A DNA stretch of 64,000 nucleotides. Origin: Fimbriimonadia bacterium. Lineage in GTDB: Bacteria; Armatimonadota; Fimbriimonadia; Fimbriimonadales; JABRVX01. The stretch covers positions 103,069 to 167,068 of the forward strand of contig JBGPGO010000010.1 in NCBI GenBank assembly GCA_041483895.1, given 5' to 3'. Below, one piece after another: positions 29,289 through 39,388 of this stretch (the stretch's first letter is position 1; the number at the start of each line of letters is the position of its first letter). The notes under the pieces were generated by a model that made no database searches, was not told the origin of the DNA, and saw only the letters and a program-made list of their open reading frames with translations. The position numbers were made by a program, and so were the translations under genes.

Positions 29289-30640
29289 TTTTCCGCCCAG
29301 CCTTCCTTTTGTACTTGTCTTGCCCTGCCAATCGCCAGAGCGTCCGCCTCCACCGAATCGGTGATCGTCGATCCGGCGGCCGTGTACGCCCCGGCGCCAA
29401 TTTCAACGGGCGCAACCAACGTGTTGTTCGAACCGATGAATGCACCCCGTCCAATTACCGTCTTGTGCTTTGACTTGCCATCGTAGTTGCAGGTGATTGT
29501 GCCCGCGCCGATGTTGGCTCCGTCCCCAACCTCCGCATCGCCCAAATAGGTTAGGTGCGCGACGCTTACGTTGTTGCCGAGCACCGCCTTCTTGATTTCG
29601 ACATAATCCCCGATGCTGCAGTCTTCTCCGATCACCGCGCCGGGACGAAGATGGGCAAACGGGCCGACACGGGTCCGATCGCCGATCGTTGCCTCCCGGC
29701 AGTTGCTGCTCAGCACGGTGCAGCCTTTCCCCACAAGCGTATCCACCAACCTCGTTTCCGGGCCGATGACGCTCCCGGACCCGATCGATGTCTTTCCGTG
29801 CAGGTAGCAATTCGGTTCAATGCGCGCATCCGGGGCAACCTCCACATCCATATCGATATAACAGCTCTTTGGGTCGACGATGCTGACGCCGGACATTGCC
29901 AAGGCCATCAGCCGACGCTTCCGCAGGTGTTTCTCGGCCTGCGCCAACTGCCACCGATCATTGACCCCAGCCAGTTCAGACGGGTCGGGAGCCTCCCAAG
30001 CAGCGATCTTGCAGCCTGCTTCCGATCCGAGGGCGATGATGTCCGTCAAGTAGTACTCGTGTTGAGCATTGTCGTTCGACAGCTTCGGCAGCAGGTGCCG
30101 GAGCAAAGCGATATCGAAACAGTAGAGGGAGACGCAGACCTCTTTGATTTGCCGCTGTTCGGGCGAGCAGTCCCGCTCTTCCACGATTGCGGCCGGCGAC
30201 CCATTCTTCCGGATTACCCGGCCATATCCGGTCGGATCGTCAAATTGGCACACCGCCAGCGTGATCTGCGCATTTTCGTTCTGATGGGTCTGGAGGAGAC
30301 TCGTCAAGGTCTCGCCGCAGATCAACGGCGCGTCGCCCGGCATCACAATTACGCAGCTTGCCGCCGCCTTCTCCAACACGGGAACGGTCTGCCGCAGGGC
30401 GTGGCCGGTTCCCAACTGTTGCTCCTGGAGCACATAATCGTTGGCGCCGCCCAGCGCTTGCCGCACCGCATCGGCCGCGTGCCCGATGACCACAATCGGC
30501 CGTTGCACTCCCGCGCCGCGCATGGCCCGTACGCAATGTTCCGTCATCGGAATGCCGCAGACCGGATGGAGGGCCTTGGGGAGCTCAGACACCATTCGGG
30601 TGCCTTTGCCGGCGGCCAATATGATGCCGGTTGCAATCAA
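29270..30640 (-). CDS. glmU: Bifunctional UDP-GlcNAc diphosphorylase / GlcN-1-P acetyltransferase
   Basis: ILAAGKGTRM, EYYLTD, hexapeptide repeats, HLTYLGDA, TCNYDG; TTG 30640 after GGAGGGAGG (the ORF-track start runs through the tRNA). Confidence 0.96.
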   Translation of the reverse strand: MIATGIILAAGKGTRMVSELPKALHPVCGIPMTEHCVRAMRGAGVQRPIVVIGHAADAVRQALGGANDYVLQEQQLGTGHALRQTVPVLEKAAASCVIVMPGDAPLICGETLTSLLQTHQNENAQITLAVCQFDDPTGYGRVIRKNGSPAAIVEERDCSPEQRQIKEVCVSLYCFDIALLRHLLPKLSNDNAQHEYYLTDIIALGSEAGCKIAAWEAPDPSELAGVNDRWQLAQAEKHLRKRRLMALAMSGVSIVDPKSCYIDMDVEVAPDARIEPNCYLHGKTSIGSGSVIGPETRLVDTLVGKGCTVLSSNCREATIGDRTRVGPFAHLRPGAVIGEDCSIGDYVEIKKAVLGNNVSVAHLTYLGDAEVGDGANIGAGTITCNYDGKSKHKTVIGRGAFIGSNNTLVAPVEIGAGAYTAAGSTITDSVEADALAIGRARQVQKEGWAEKWRNRS

Positions 30641-30663
30641 CGGGCTTATTCCTCCCTCCGAAG

Positions 30664-30737
30664 TGGCTGGCGGGGAAGGATTCGAACCTTCATAAGCAGC
30701 ACCAAAAACTGCTGTCCTGCCCTTAGACGACCCGCCA
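30664..30737 (-). tRNA. tRNA-Gln(UUG)
   Basis: TGGCGGG acceptor, anticodon arm GCAGT-TTTTGGT-GCTGC, GGTTCGAATCC T-loop, encoded CCA; TATAAT upstream. Confidence 0.95.
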
Positions 30738-30841
30738 ACGCGTGCAGGGATTATATCCGTTCGAAGGCAGGTCGTCAAGGACAAAGTCAATGAGCCCCGA
30801 CATGTCGAGGCTCATTGACTTCTTGGGGTGGTCTGGTAAAT

Positions 30842-31489
30842 CTATTTCCGGCGGCGCAGGCCAAGGAATCCTGCAAGACCGGCAGCAATCGCTGCAACGG
30901 CCCCCGGTTCGGGAACGACAGGAACGTAGACATCGATGCCCTGTCCGGAATAGCCGCCGCCCGACGTGGTCGCCACAGAGGAGAAACCGCCGCCGGGAGC
31001 ATAAATGCTGTGAATTTCATACATCTGCGCAGTGTCGGGAATCTGCGGAGACGTCTTCCCCATTCTGATGTTCTTCGCGGTGGTTCCTTGCCACTCCGCG
31101 TTTGTGGCATCGCCAATGTCAATCCACGGGCTATATGTGCTGCCCGCGCCTTGCCCACCACCGAGACCGAGCATCGTGTACGGCGCCAAGTTGTTCAAAC
31201 CGAAATAATTGAGCGCGCCGGGAGTTCCGCCGAGATTGGACCCAGAAACGTTTCGCAGGCTATACGCATAGAAGTAACCTGCGTCACCAACATGCTTGAA
31301 GGCCCAATAATCTACGTACACATCTCCCATAGAGATTGTGGGTACGGGGTCAAAGCGAACGGTCCCACTGAACAACATGGTTACATTGGGATCGGAAATA
31401 TTGGGATCAACATACGAAGGGGACGCCACCGCTGCAGCGGCCACCCCTAGAACGATCCCACCAAATAAACCTTTCATCCGCACGGACAT
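30842..31489 (-). CDS. PEP-CTERM protein
   Basis: Signal peptide; VVPEPGAVAAIAAGLAGFLGLRRRK; AAGGAGGT RBS. Confidence 0.9.
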   Translation of the reverse strand: MSVRMKGLFGGIVLGVAAAAVASPSYVDPNISDPNVTMLFSGTVRFDPVPTISMGDVYVDYWAFKHVGDAGYFYAYSLRNVSGSNLGGTPGALNYFGLNNLAPYTMLGLGGGQGAGSTYSPWIDIGDATNAEWQGTTAKNIRMGKTSPQIPDTAQMYEIHSIYAPGGGFSSVATTSGGGYSGQGIDVYVPVVPEPGAVAAIAAGLAGFLGLRRRK

Positions 31490-31602
31490 CGCTTACCTCC
31501 TTGCTAGTAGCGACAGTTCCGAGAGGGACTTGTGGCGGAAGCAACCTTCCATCTTTGTCCTCTCCTTCCAAACTATCTGCGTTTGGCCAAACTTTCTAAT
31601 AA

Positions 31603-31637
31603 ACAAAAAAGGAGACCAGGACTAAATCCTGTCTCCC
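31603..31637 (-). terminator. Intrinsic terminator inside the leader of the PEP-CTERM gene
   Basis: Minus strand GGGAGACAGGA-TTTAG-TCCTGGTCTCC-TTTTTT. Confidence 0.6.
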
Positions 31638-31784
31638 AGGTCACGGCGGATAACAAAATCAACGAAATCGTATCTTGGGCCCGTTGGCCAGATATTTGCT
31701 AGGCATATTGTACAACACATTCTCCGGATTTGGAACAGGTTTTAAGAAATTTTTAACTATTTTTTGTCGGGTACGCTCAATTCC

Positions 31785-32816
31785 GTGACAAAAATGATGG
31801 CGGAGATCTGCGAGCAACCCGCCGTTTTACGCAGATTCGGTCCCAAAGACCTGCAGGCGGCCTCCCAAATCGCGGCCGTCGCCGCCAAGGCGCCCTTCGT
31901 CCTGATCGCCGCCCGCGGCACCTCCGACCATGCCGCTGCCTATGCGAAGTACCTTCTGGAAGTTCGATGCGGGATTCCGGTCGCGCTCGCCGCCCCATCG
32001 GTCAAAACCCTCTATGGAACCGATGTCCGGGCCAACGGCGCCCTCGCAATCGGGATATCTCAATCCGGCGCGGCCCCCGACGTGTGCGAAGTCATAGCCT
32101 CCGCGCGGGCCCAAGGGGCGGTTACCGTTGCAATCACGAATGAACCCGAGTCACCGCTGGCGGCCACAGCGGATCACCTTCTAGAAGTCCACGCCGGAAC
32201 AGAGACCGCCGTAGCGGCAACGAAAACCTATACGGGGACCCTCGCGGCGATATACATCCTGGCGGCAGCGCTGCGGGGCGATCCGCAACCGCTCGATCGG
32301 CTCGCCATAGTGGCGGGCGCGATGGAACAGGCCCTCACCGCTTCCGACGCCATCAGGCCGGTCGCTGAACGGTGCCGCTTCATGGAGGAGTGCGTCGTTC
32401 TCGGGAGAGGGTTCAACTACCCGACGGCAATGGAAACGGCTCTCAAAATCATCGAAACCAGCTATGTCCTTGCCAAATCCTATTCGTCGGCGGACTTTCT
32501 CCACGGCCCCATCGCGCTGCTGCATGGCGGCTTTCCCTGCATCCTGTTCGCCAACTCCGGGCCCGCGCTGCATTCCATGCGCGAACAGGCGGAACTCTTG
32601 ATCGCCAGGGAGGCGGAGCTCATCGTCTTTTCCGACGATGACGAAATGCTGGCCCTTGCCCGCTGCCCGATCCGCGCTCCCGTTACGCTCGCGGACGAAT
32701 TATCCCCGATGGTGAACATCCTGTTCGGACAGCTGTTCGCCCATCATCTGGCGGTGACTCGCGGTCATGATCCGGATCACCCGCGCGCCCTCAACAAGAT
32801 TACGAAAACGATCTGA
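31785..32816 (+). CDS. Double-SIS domain amino-sugar phosphate isomerase/deaminase (GlmS C-terminal-like)
   Basis: EICEQP, ARGTSDHAA, ISQSG, VAATKTY, ETALKIIE, FLHGP, PRALNKITKT. Confidence 0.9.
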   Translation: MTKMMAEICEQPAVLRRFGPKDLQAASQIAAVAAKAPFVLIAARGTSDHAAAYAKYLLEVRCGIPVALAAPSVKTLYGTDVRANGALAIGISQSGAAPDVCEVIASARAQGAVTVAITNEPESPLAATADHLLEVHAGTETAVAATKTYTGTLAAIYILAAALRGDPQPLDRLAIVAGAMEQALTASDAIRPVAERCRFMEECVVLGRGFNYPTAMETALKIIETSYVLAKSYSSADFLHGPIALLHGGFPCILFANSGPALHSMREQAELLIAREAELIVFSDDDEMLALARCPIRAPVTLADELSPMVNILFGQLFAHHLAVTRGHDPDHPRALNKITKTI

Positions 32817-33143
32817 CTACGCCATCCAGGGAATCTGCAGCATCTCCGCAAGGATTCTGCGAATCGATTCCGGCTTGCAGGAATGGCGAATGAGGCCGGC
32901 AATCGGGTTCCGAAACGGCTCGATGCTTTCCCCAATCAACACCAGCATCATCAAGGAGAATCGGGGCTCAGAGCTGAGCACTTTGGCAAACTCCCCAGCC
33001 TCCTCGTCGGTAAGAATTGATCGGTCGATGACGAGCACATCGCATTCTTCCGGATACGACGCGACCTCCTGCCAAGCCATGAAATGCTCGGCAGTCGGAT
33101 AAAGTGTTGGGTCCTCGGACAAGAGGAACACGCGCAGCATCAT
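32817..33143 (-). CDS. Hypothetical small protein (degenerate receiver-like)
   Basis: Coupled to comEA (overlapping stop/start); DVLVID pattern. Confidence 0.5.
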   Translation of the reverse strand: MMLRVFLLSEDPTLYPTAEHFMAWQEVASYPEECDVLVIDRSILTDEEAGEFAKVLSSEPRFSLMMLVLIGESIEPFRNPIAGLIRHSCKPESIRRILAEMLQIPWMA

Positions 33144-33694
33144 TGCACCGTCACAAGGGGTCGGATTTTTGCCAGCTTCTTTTCTCCGATCCCTTTTACC
33201 TCAAGCAGCTCTTCCACCGTCTGGAAACGCCCCTTTGTCGAGCGATACTCGACGATGCGCTTTGCCAGCACCGGTCCGATTCCAGGGAGCCGATCCAGAT
33301 CGGATTCCGTTGCGACATTGAGATCGATGACGGCCGGCGGTTGAGTTTGGGCATCAGCCGGCGGCTTAGCATCTGCCGACGCTGCGTCAACTTTGGCCGA
33401 CGGCTTGGCTGGCAGCGCGGGTGTGTCAACTTTGGCCGACGGGCTTGATGACGTTTTCTGCTCTGGTTGGGGTTGCGTGTCCGGTGATGATGCTGTCTGA
33501 TTCCCATGGAGCACGACGGGGGGCCGCGGCAGGCTCTTGCCTTCCGATATCCCAGGCGGATCGGAGATATGGATCACGGGAGCGGACTGGCCGGCGTGCC
33601 GATATGCCATGGAGCCGGCGAAGGCGACCACCCCCGCAGCGAACAGAACTACAGTCGCCCGCTCTCCAGCCGTCCACCGTTCCCAGGCGTTCAT
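33140..33694 (-). CDS. comEA: ComEA-family DNA-binding protein
   Basis: TM anchor, linker, IDLNVATESDLDRLPGIGPVLAKRIV..F..VEELLEVKGIGEK helix-hairpin-helix. Confidence 0.9.
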   Translation of the reverse strand: MNAWERWTAGERATVVLFAAGVVAFAGSMAYRHAGQSAPVIHISDPPGISEGKSLPRPPVVLHGNQTASSPDTQPQPEQKTSSSPSAKVDTPALPAKPSAKVDAASADAKPPADAQTQPPAVIDLNVATESDLDRLPGIGPVLAKRIVEYRSTKGRFQTVEELLEVKGIGEKKLAKIRPLVTVQ

Positions 33695-34275
33695 TGACCC
33701 GCTCCGGGAACCGGAATGGACTGCTTATTAAGGATCGGCTCCGGCTTCAATCCGCTCTGAACCACCAAATCATAACGAAACATCACCCATCCATCATGAT
33801 ACACCCACAATTCGCGGCTGAGTGCCTGGGATTCATCCGTAATTATGTAACCTTTCTCTACGCGGTCCGGCTTCCCAAGCTTGTCCTCCACCTCCTGCCG
33901 CCCCATTCCGGCCCGGACATTTCTGAATTCCGACGTTTCCGCGCCCCTCGGAGCGCCCTTCAATGCCTCCTGAAGCCGCCGCTCCTCATCGGTCTGAATC
34001 GGACGATTGAGCTGCTGTTCTATCCCGGCTTCGGGATTATTGGCCTTGCGATACAGCCAATAGCCCCCAAGTCCTCCTCCCGCGCAAAGGAAGCAGGCCA
34101 ACAAAAACCCCCAGACCCAGCAACTCATCCGGCGCACGGGTTGGGCGGCGTACGGCGGATAGTATCCGGGCGGGGCCGGGCCGGCGACGGGAGCATGGCA
34201 CCGCCAGCAGGCCTGGGCGCCCGCCATATTGTTAGCTCCACACTGTGGGCACACGAATCGATCCTGATCCGGCAT
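33691..34275 (-). CDS. Zn-ribbon membrane protein with SmpA/OmlA-like C-terminal domain
   Basis: CPQC..CWRC, TM helix, VRAGMGRQEVEDKLGKPD; start uncertain. Confidence 0.65.
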   Translation of the reverse strand: MPDQDRFVCPQCGANNMAGAQACWRCHAPVAGPAPPGYYPPYAAQPVRRMSCWVWGFLLACFLCAGGGLGGYWLYRKANNPEAGIEQQLNRPIQTDEERRLQEALKGAPRGAETSEFRNVRAGMGRQEVEDKLGKPDRVEKGYIITDESQALSRELWVYHDGWVMFRYDLVVQSGLKPEPILNKQSIPVPGAGQ

Positions 34276-34343
34276 CGCAGGTTCATTGTGGCGCATCCAA
34301 AGGCCGATACCGTTCGTATGTACGTCATGGAGGTGCAATCAAT

Positions 34344-34487
34344 ATGATGCCACGAGACAATAGCAAGAACCTCAAGGGAATCAAGAAGATTGTCAAAGAG
34401 GCGAAGGACATCAGCATCAAAAAGGCGGTCAAAAAGACGCTGAAAGAGCTGGATAAGGCGGGCAACGAACCTATGCAACGCGGATAG
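34344..34487 (+). CDS. 47-aa lysine-rich microprotein
   Basis: GGAGGT RBS before ATG; MMPRDNSKNLKGIKKIVKEAKDISIKKAVKKTLKELDKAGNEPMQRG. Confidence 0.6.
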   Translation: MMPRDNSKNLKGIKKIVKEAKDISIKKAVKKTLKELDKAGNEPMQRG

Positions 34488-34680
34488 CTAGGCCAGTATT
34501 GTTACCTGGGTAGACCTCTATTTACGAAAGATTTCATGGCTGTACCGGCAGTATTTGTAGTACTTTATGCCGAGAATTTTACTTGTCGGGTCTTGCTGTT
34601 TTGCTCGGCCCGTGTTAAGATAACACTTATTCGGGCTCGGGCGTTCGCGAGCGCAGGGCCCACATGCGAGAGTAATAGCT

Positions 34681-36126
34681 ATGAAATCATATTCGACGAG
34701 CAAGTGTATTGCGCTTGCCAGTTCTGTGGCGCTTGGGTCATTCGTACTAAGCACCATCTCCCAGTCTCAGCAGCAGCCGGCGCCCGGTGAGACGCCGCTT
34801 ATAACGCAGCACATCAACGAGTCAGACATTGAAAAAGGACGCTGGACGCTCGATCAGCTGTTTGCGGCCGGAAAGTTCTTTTTCAGCACCAACTTCACGA
34901 TCTTGGATGGGTTTGGGCGCCCTGGCGCGACCGGGAACGGCGCTCCGTCGCATCGGACCATCGGCTCCGCGCCGTTCATGATCCGGACCTCAGCGCCGGA
35001 TTCCAATTCCTGTGCGGGCTGCCATAACGTTCCTGAAGTTGGCGGGTCCGGTGACTTTGTCGCCAACGTGTTCGTGCTAGCCCAGGTCCTCGACCCGGTC
35101 GTAGATTCCGTGTCGTCACAGTTTAGCGATGAGCGCAACACCCTGGGAATGCACGGCTCCGGCGCAATCGAAATGCTTGCTCGCGAGATGACGACCGACC
35201 TGATCGCCATCCGTACAGCAGCGATAGCCCAGGCGGCGAGCAGCGGCCAGAACGTGACCAAGACCTTGATCACGAAGGACGTCAACTTCGGATCGATCAC
35301 AGCCCATGCGGACGGATCGGTTGACACCAGCCAAGTGGTGGGTGTTGACGCCACCCTGATCATTAAGCCGTTCCATCAGAAGGGCGTTGTTGTCTCGGTC
35401 CGCGAGTTCAGCAACAACGCCTTCAACCATCATCATGGCCTGGAAGCTGTCGAACGGTTCGGCGTCGGCCGGACCGGCTCGGATGACTTCGACGGCGACG
35501 GCATCAAGGATGAGCTCTCTGTAGGCGACGTCACAGCGGCGGTAATCTTCCAGGTCGCTTTGGGCAATCCAACACGGGTCATGCCCCCACAGCGAGAGTG
35601 GAACGCCGTTCAACGCGGCGAGAAGCTGTTCAAGGATATCGGTTGCGCGGATTGCCACAAGCCGGTAATGATCCTCAACAATCCTGTCTACAGCGAGCCC
35701 AATCCCTTCAATCCGGCGGGCAATTTGCGACCGCAAGACGTCACCAGGCCGTACACGTTCGATCTGACTCGGCAAGGCATCGGTCCTCGGTTGGAGCGGA
35801 CAGGGGATGGTCGAGCGATCGTGCGCTGCTTCACGGACCTCAAAAGGCACGTCATCGCGGATGAGTCCGACAACTTCTTCGGCAACGAGAAGGTGATCCA
35901 TGCCGGAGTTCCGACCAATCAATTCCTGACGCGAAAGCTGTGGGACGTCGGCAACTCCAGCCCCTACGGACATCGCGGCGACTGCACGACGATCGGTGAG
36001 GCGATCTACCACCACGCGGGAGAGGGCAAAGCGTCTCGGGACAGCTTCATGGGCCTGTCGGTACAAGATCAGCAGGCCATCGTCAAGTTCTTGAAGACGC
36101 TGCAAGTCGTCAAATCGCAGCAGTAG
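34681..36126 (+). CDS. Secreted di-heme c-type cytochrome (DHOR / thiol oxidoreductase-like)
   Basis: Signal peptide, CAGCH and CADCH heme motifs, LWDVGNSSPYGHRG..HAGE. Confidence 0.8.
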   Translation: MKSYSTSKCIALASSVALGSFVLSTISQSQQQPAPGETPLITQHINESDIEKGRWTLDQLFAAGKFFFSTNFTILDGFGRPGATGNGAPSHRTIGSAPFMIRTSAPDSNSCAGCHNVPEVGGSGDFVANVFVLAQVLDPVVDSVSSQFSDERNTLGMHGSGAIEMLAREMTTDLIAIRTAAIAQAASSGQNVTKTLITKDVNFGSITAHADGSVDTSQVVGVDATLIIKPFHQKGVVVSVREFSNNAFNHHHGLEAVERFGVGRTGSDDFDGDGIKDELSVGDVTAAVIFQVALGNPTRVMPPQREWNAVQRGEKLFKDIGCADCHKPVMILNNPVYSEPNPFNPAGNLRPQDVTRPYTFDLTRQGIGPRLERTGDGRAIVRCFTDLKRHVIADESDNFFGNEKVIHAGVPTNQFLTRKLWDVGNSSPYGHRGDCTTIGEAIYHHAGEGKASRDSFMGLSVQDQQAIVKFLKTLQVVKSQQ

Positions 36127-36206
36127 CGGCAACGTACCGGTTCAATATAAGGTCTTCGGCATCAGCCGGAGACCTTTCGCTATTCGGAGGGTACGATAGT
36201 GTCGCG

Positions 36207-36653
36207 ATGATGAAAGAACTTGCCGACCAGGCTGCGATCGTAAAGGAGCTTGCCCTGCTCCTCGATCGGCATGGGTTGACCGAAATCGAGCTGGAGGACG
36301 GCCCGGTGCACGTCCGCTTGGAGCGAATCCCCGGCGTTGAAGAGATTCGCCTTCCGGCGACCCAAGTGGTCGCCGCCGTCGAATTGGAGCATCCTATGAT
36401 CGGCGAAGCGATCGAAGCTCCCTTCATCGGTATCTTTTATCGGGCGCCAAAGCCCAACGAACCGCCGTTTGTGGAGGTCGGAGATATCGTGGAAGAGGGC
36501 CAGACCGTCTGCCTCATCGAGGCCAACAAGGTTTTCAGTTATATCACCGCCCCCTTCGCGGGCCGAATATCCGCGATTGCCGTTGAGAATGGAGCCTTGC
36601 TGCAGCCCGGCGAGGCGCTCATGTATCTAGACGCCGAGCGGGTGGGTATTTAG
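36207..36653 (+). CDS. accB: Biotin carboxyl carrier protein
   Basis: GIFYRAP.P..PPFVEVGD.V..GQTVCLIEANKV (ANK variant of AMK). Confidence 0.85.
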   Translation: MMKELADQAAIVKELALLLDRHGLTEIELEDGPVHVRLERIPGVEEIRLPATQVVAAVELEHPMIGEAIEAPFIGIFYRAPKPNEPPFVEVGDIVEEGQTVCLIEANKVFSYITAPFAGRISAIAVENGALLQPGEALMYLDAERVGI

Positions 36654-37502
36654 ATGCTTCTCAACGTGGCAACCGTCCAAATGGATGTCCAAATTCGCAA
36701 GCCCGCCGAGAACACACAGAAGGTTCTAGGCCTTTTTGAGAATGCCGTGGCAGGCGGAGCCAATCTCGTTGTCTTCCCCGAATGCGCGATCACCGGTTAC
36801 GGCTACGGCAGCCGAGCGGAAGCGGAAGGCGGTGGCATCTGGATCGACGGTCCGGAGCTGACCAAACTGATTGATGCCTGCCACAAACTGAATTCGTACA
36901 TGGTGGTCGGCTTTGCCGAAAATGCGCCGGACGGACTCTTCAACACCGCCGCCCTCATCGGTCCGAACGGAATGATCGGCTGCTTCCGAAAGTGCCACTT
37001 GCCGTTCATCGGAATGGACCGGTACGCGGACCGAGGCGGAGGCCTCCCCGTCTTCGACACCCCCATCGGCAAGTTCGGCATTCTGATCTGCTATGACATC
37101 CGGTTTCCGGAAGCGGCCCGGACAATGGCCCTCGAAGGCATCGACGTTCTGATCATCCCGACGAACTGGCCTGAGCAATCCGAAGGAAATTCGGACTATA
37201 TCTGCCCCGCCCGGGCCCGAGAGAACTGGATCTACGTGGCGGCCGCCAATCGGGTGGGACACGAGAGCGGGTTCGACTTCATCGGCAAGTCGGGGATATG
37301 GGACGTTTCGGGCCGGCCAATTTCGCTGGCGGACCATCGGCAGGAAGCCACCTTGACCGCTCAGCTCGACCTGGACCGCGCCCGGAACAAGCATGTTGTA
37401 ATCAGGCCGGGCGAATTCGAGAGCCGAATCTTCGAAGACCGCCGTCCCGATCTCTATCATGTAGGACAGGTTCATGCCGCAACCGCTGATAGAACGGTTT
37501 AG
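36654..37502 (+). CDS. Carbon-nitrogen hydrolase (nitrilase superfamily)
   Basis: VFPE, FRKCHL, LICYDIRFPE catalytic E-K-C triad. Confidence 0.92.
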   Translation: MLLNVATVQMDVQIRKPAENTQKVLGLFENAVAGGANLVVFPECAITGYGYGSRAEAEGGGIWIDGPELTKLIDACHKLNSYMVVGFAENAPDGLFNTAALIGPNGMIGCFRKCHLPFIGMDRYADRGGGLPVFDTPIGKFGILICYDIRFPEAARTMALEGIDVLIIPTNWPEQSEGNSDYICPARARENWIYVAAANRVGHESGFDFIGKSGIWDVSGRPISLADHRQEATLTAQLDLDRARNKHVVIRPGEFESRIFEDRRPDLYHVGQVHAATADRTV

Positions 37503-38532
37503 GCCCTACCTACCGGTCTCGGAAAGTACACCGATTGTCAGCCTGCAAGAGGGCTCGACTCCGCTCATAGAGGTCCCAAAGATTGCCGGACGGATATCAC
37601 CCAACGTCCGCGTCTTCGTCAAGTTCGAGGGCGCCAACCCGACCGGATCGTTCAAAGATCGTGGGATGACGGTAGCGGTATCGAAAGCGATGGAAGAGGG
37701 TAGCAAGGCGGTGATCTGCGCCTCCACCGGCAACACATCGGCTTCCGCCGCCGCCTATGCCGCGCGGGCCGGCCTCCGTTGTTTCGTGCTTTTGCCGCAG
37801 GGGAAGGTGGCCGCGGGCAAGTTGGCCCAGACGCTGATGCACGGCGCTGAAGTCATCGCGCTGGAAGGGAATTTCGACCAGGCCATGTCCATCGTCCTCG
37901 ACCTCGCCGAAAGCTACCCAATCACCGTCGTCAACTCGACAAACCCGTTCCGGACCGAGGGTCAAAAGACGGCTGCGTTCGAGATTATCGAAGAGCTGGG
38001 AGATGCGCCGGACTATCACGCGATCCCGGTCGGGAACGCCCGTAATATCGTTTCGTATTGGCGTGGATACAAGGAGTTTCATGAACGCGGCAAGGCGACA
38101 AAGCTTCCAAAGATGGTGGGGTTTCAGGCGGAAGGCTCCGCGCCACTGGTGCTCGGCCATCCCATCGAGAACCCGGAGACCGTCGCCACCGCCATCCGAA
38201 TCGGCAACCCCGTCAGCTTCGACGAGGCAATCGCGGCGCGGGACGAATCCGGCGGCCTGATCCGCGCGGTTTCCGACGACCAGATCCTCGCCGCTCAATT
38301 CCTGCTCGCCACCAAAGAAGGCATCTTCGTCGAACCTGCCAGCGCCGCGCCCATTGCCGGCCTGCTCGTCCTTGGACAAGACGGCTTTTTCTCGGAACCG
38401 GCGACCATCACTGTCACCTGCACCGGCCACGGGCTGAAGGACCCCGACATCGCCATCACCCAGGCCAAGCCGCCCATAACGGTCCCGGCGGATCGGAGCG
38501 CCGTCGCCGCCGCGCTCGGCTTCTCCGGGTAA
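37474..38532 (+). CDS. thrC: Threonine synthase
   Basis: EGANPTGSFKDRGM, CASTGNTSAS, EGQKT, TAIRIGNP, TGHGLKDP. Confidence 0.96.
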   Translation: MPQPLIERFRPYLPVSESTPIVSLQEGSTPLIEVPKIAGRISPNVRVFVKFEGANPTGSFKDRGMTVAVSKAMEEGSKAVICASTGNTSASAAAYAARAGLRCFVLLPQGKVAAGKLAQTLMHGAEVIALEGNFDQAMSIVLDLAESYPITVVNSTNPFRTEGQKTAAFEIIEELGDAPDYHAIPVGNARNIVSYWRGYKEFHERGKATKLPKMVGFQAEGSAPLVLGHPIENPETVATAIRIGNPVSFDEAIAARDESGGLIRAVSDDQILAAQFLLATKEGIFVEPASAAPIAGLLVLGQDGFFSEPATITVTCTGHGLKDPDIAITQAKPPITVPADRSAVAAALGFSG

Positions 38533-38542
38533 TCTTTTTCCG

Positions 38543-39388
38543 ATGGACATCGCGACCACCATCCTGCTGCTTCTTGGGTCCTATTTCGTCGGCTCGCTGC
38601 CGTTCGGCCTGTGGGTCGGAAAGCTGCTAAAAGGCAAGGATATCCGTACGATGGGAAGCGGCAACATCGGCGCGACCAATGTGTGGCGATGCCTCGGGCC
38701 CGTGGCGGGTACGGCCGTTCTCGTGCTGGACGTAGCGAAGGGGCTGCTGCCGGCTCTCGTCGGCATGTCACTCTCCGGCGAGCCGTTGGCGGTTGCCGCT
38801 GGGCTGGCATCGGTGATAGGCCATAGCGCGTCGCCGTTTCTCGGCTTCAAGGGCGGGAAGGGTGTGGCAACCACGCTGGGGATGCTCTTTGGCGTTGCTC
38901 CGGTCGCGGCGGGCTACACTGTGCTGGTCTGGTCGGTAGCACTCCTGATTACCCGGTACGTTTCGCTTGCGTCCATTGTCGCCTCGTTCTTCGCCACGGC
39001 GTATGTGCTGCTGGCGGATCATTCGCTGGCCGTGCGGGCCGTTATCGTTCTCGCCGCGGTGCTCATCATCCTCCGGCACAGGCCGAATATCAGTCGGCTC
39101 CTCGACGGCACGGAACCAAAGTTCCCATCGAGGCCTCCCGGTGCTGAAAGTGACGATCCGGATCTATCCCTTCACAGTCGCACTGTGAAGGGGAACGCGT
39201 CCGATGAGCCCCCATCCCTTCACAGTCATACTGTGAAGGGGAACGCGTCCGATGAGCCCCCATCCCTTCACAGTCGTACTGTGAAGGGGAACGCCGATGT
39301 GTTGGGGTCCTCGCCTGCCGCAACCGAACAAGCACCGACCACCCCAGACCCCAACACGCGAACGGCAACACCCAATGGATGCATCTGA
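38543..39388 (+). CDS. plsY: Glycerol-3-phosphate acyltransferase with repeat-derived C-terminal extension
   Basis: GSGNIGATN, DVAKG, FKGGKGVAT, RHRPNISRL; about 85 extra residues after GTEPKF. Confidence 0.92.
   Translation: MDIATTILLLLGSYFVGSLPFGLWVGKLLKGKDIRTMGSGNIGATNVWRCLGPVAGTAVLVLDVAKGLLPALVGMSLSGEPLAVAAGLASVIGHSASPFLGFKGGKGVATTLGMLFGVAPVAAGYTVLVWSVALLITRYVSLASIVASFFATAYVLLADHSLAVRAVIVLAAVLIILRHRPNISRLLDGTEPKFPSRPPGAESDDPDLSLHSRTVKGNASDEPPSLHSHTVKGNASDEPPSLHSRTVKGNADVLGSSPAATEQAPTTPDPNTRTATPNGCI
39166..39294. repeat. 48-nt tandem hairpin repeats (CCCTTCACAG-N5-CTGTGAAGGG) x3 inside plsY
   Basis: Units start at 39166, 39214 and 39262; degenerate inverted copy near 39411-39434. Confidence 0.9.
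39299..39357. repeat. 59-bp family B element inside the plsY tail
   Basis: GTGTTGGGGTC...GACCCCAACAC. Confidence 0.8.

Noticed and set aside
30641..30790. N-terminal extension of GlmU in the ORF track
   Set aside because: It overlaps tRNA-Gln; the TTG at 30640 has a strong RBS
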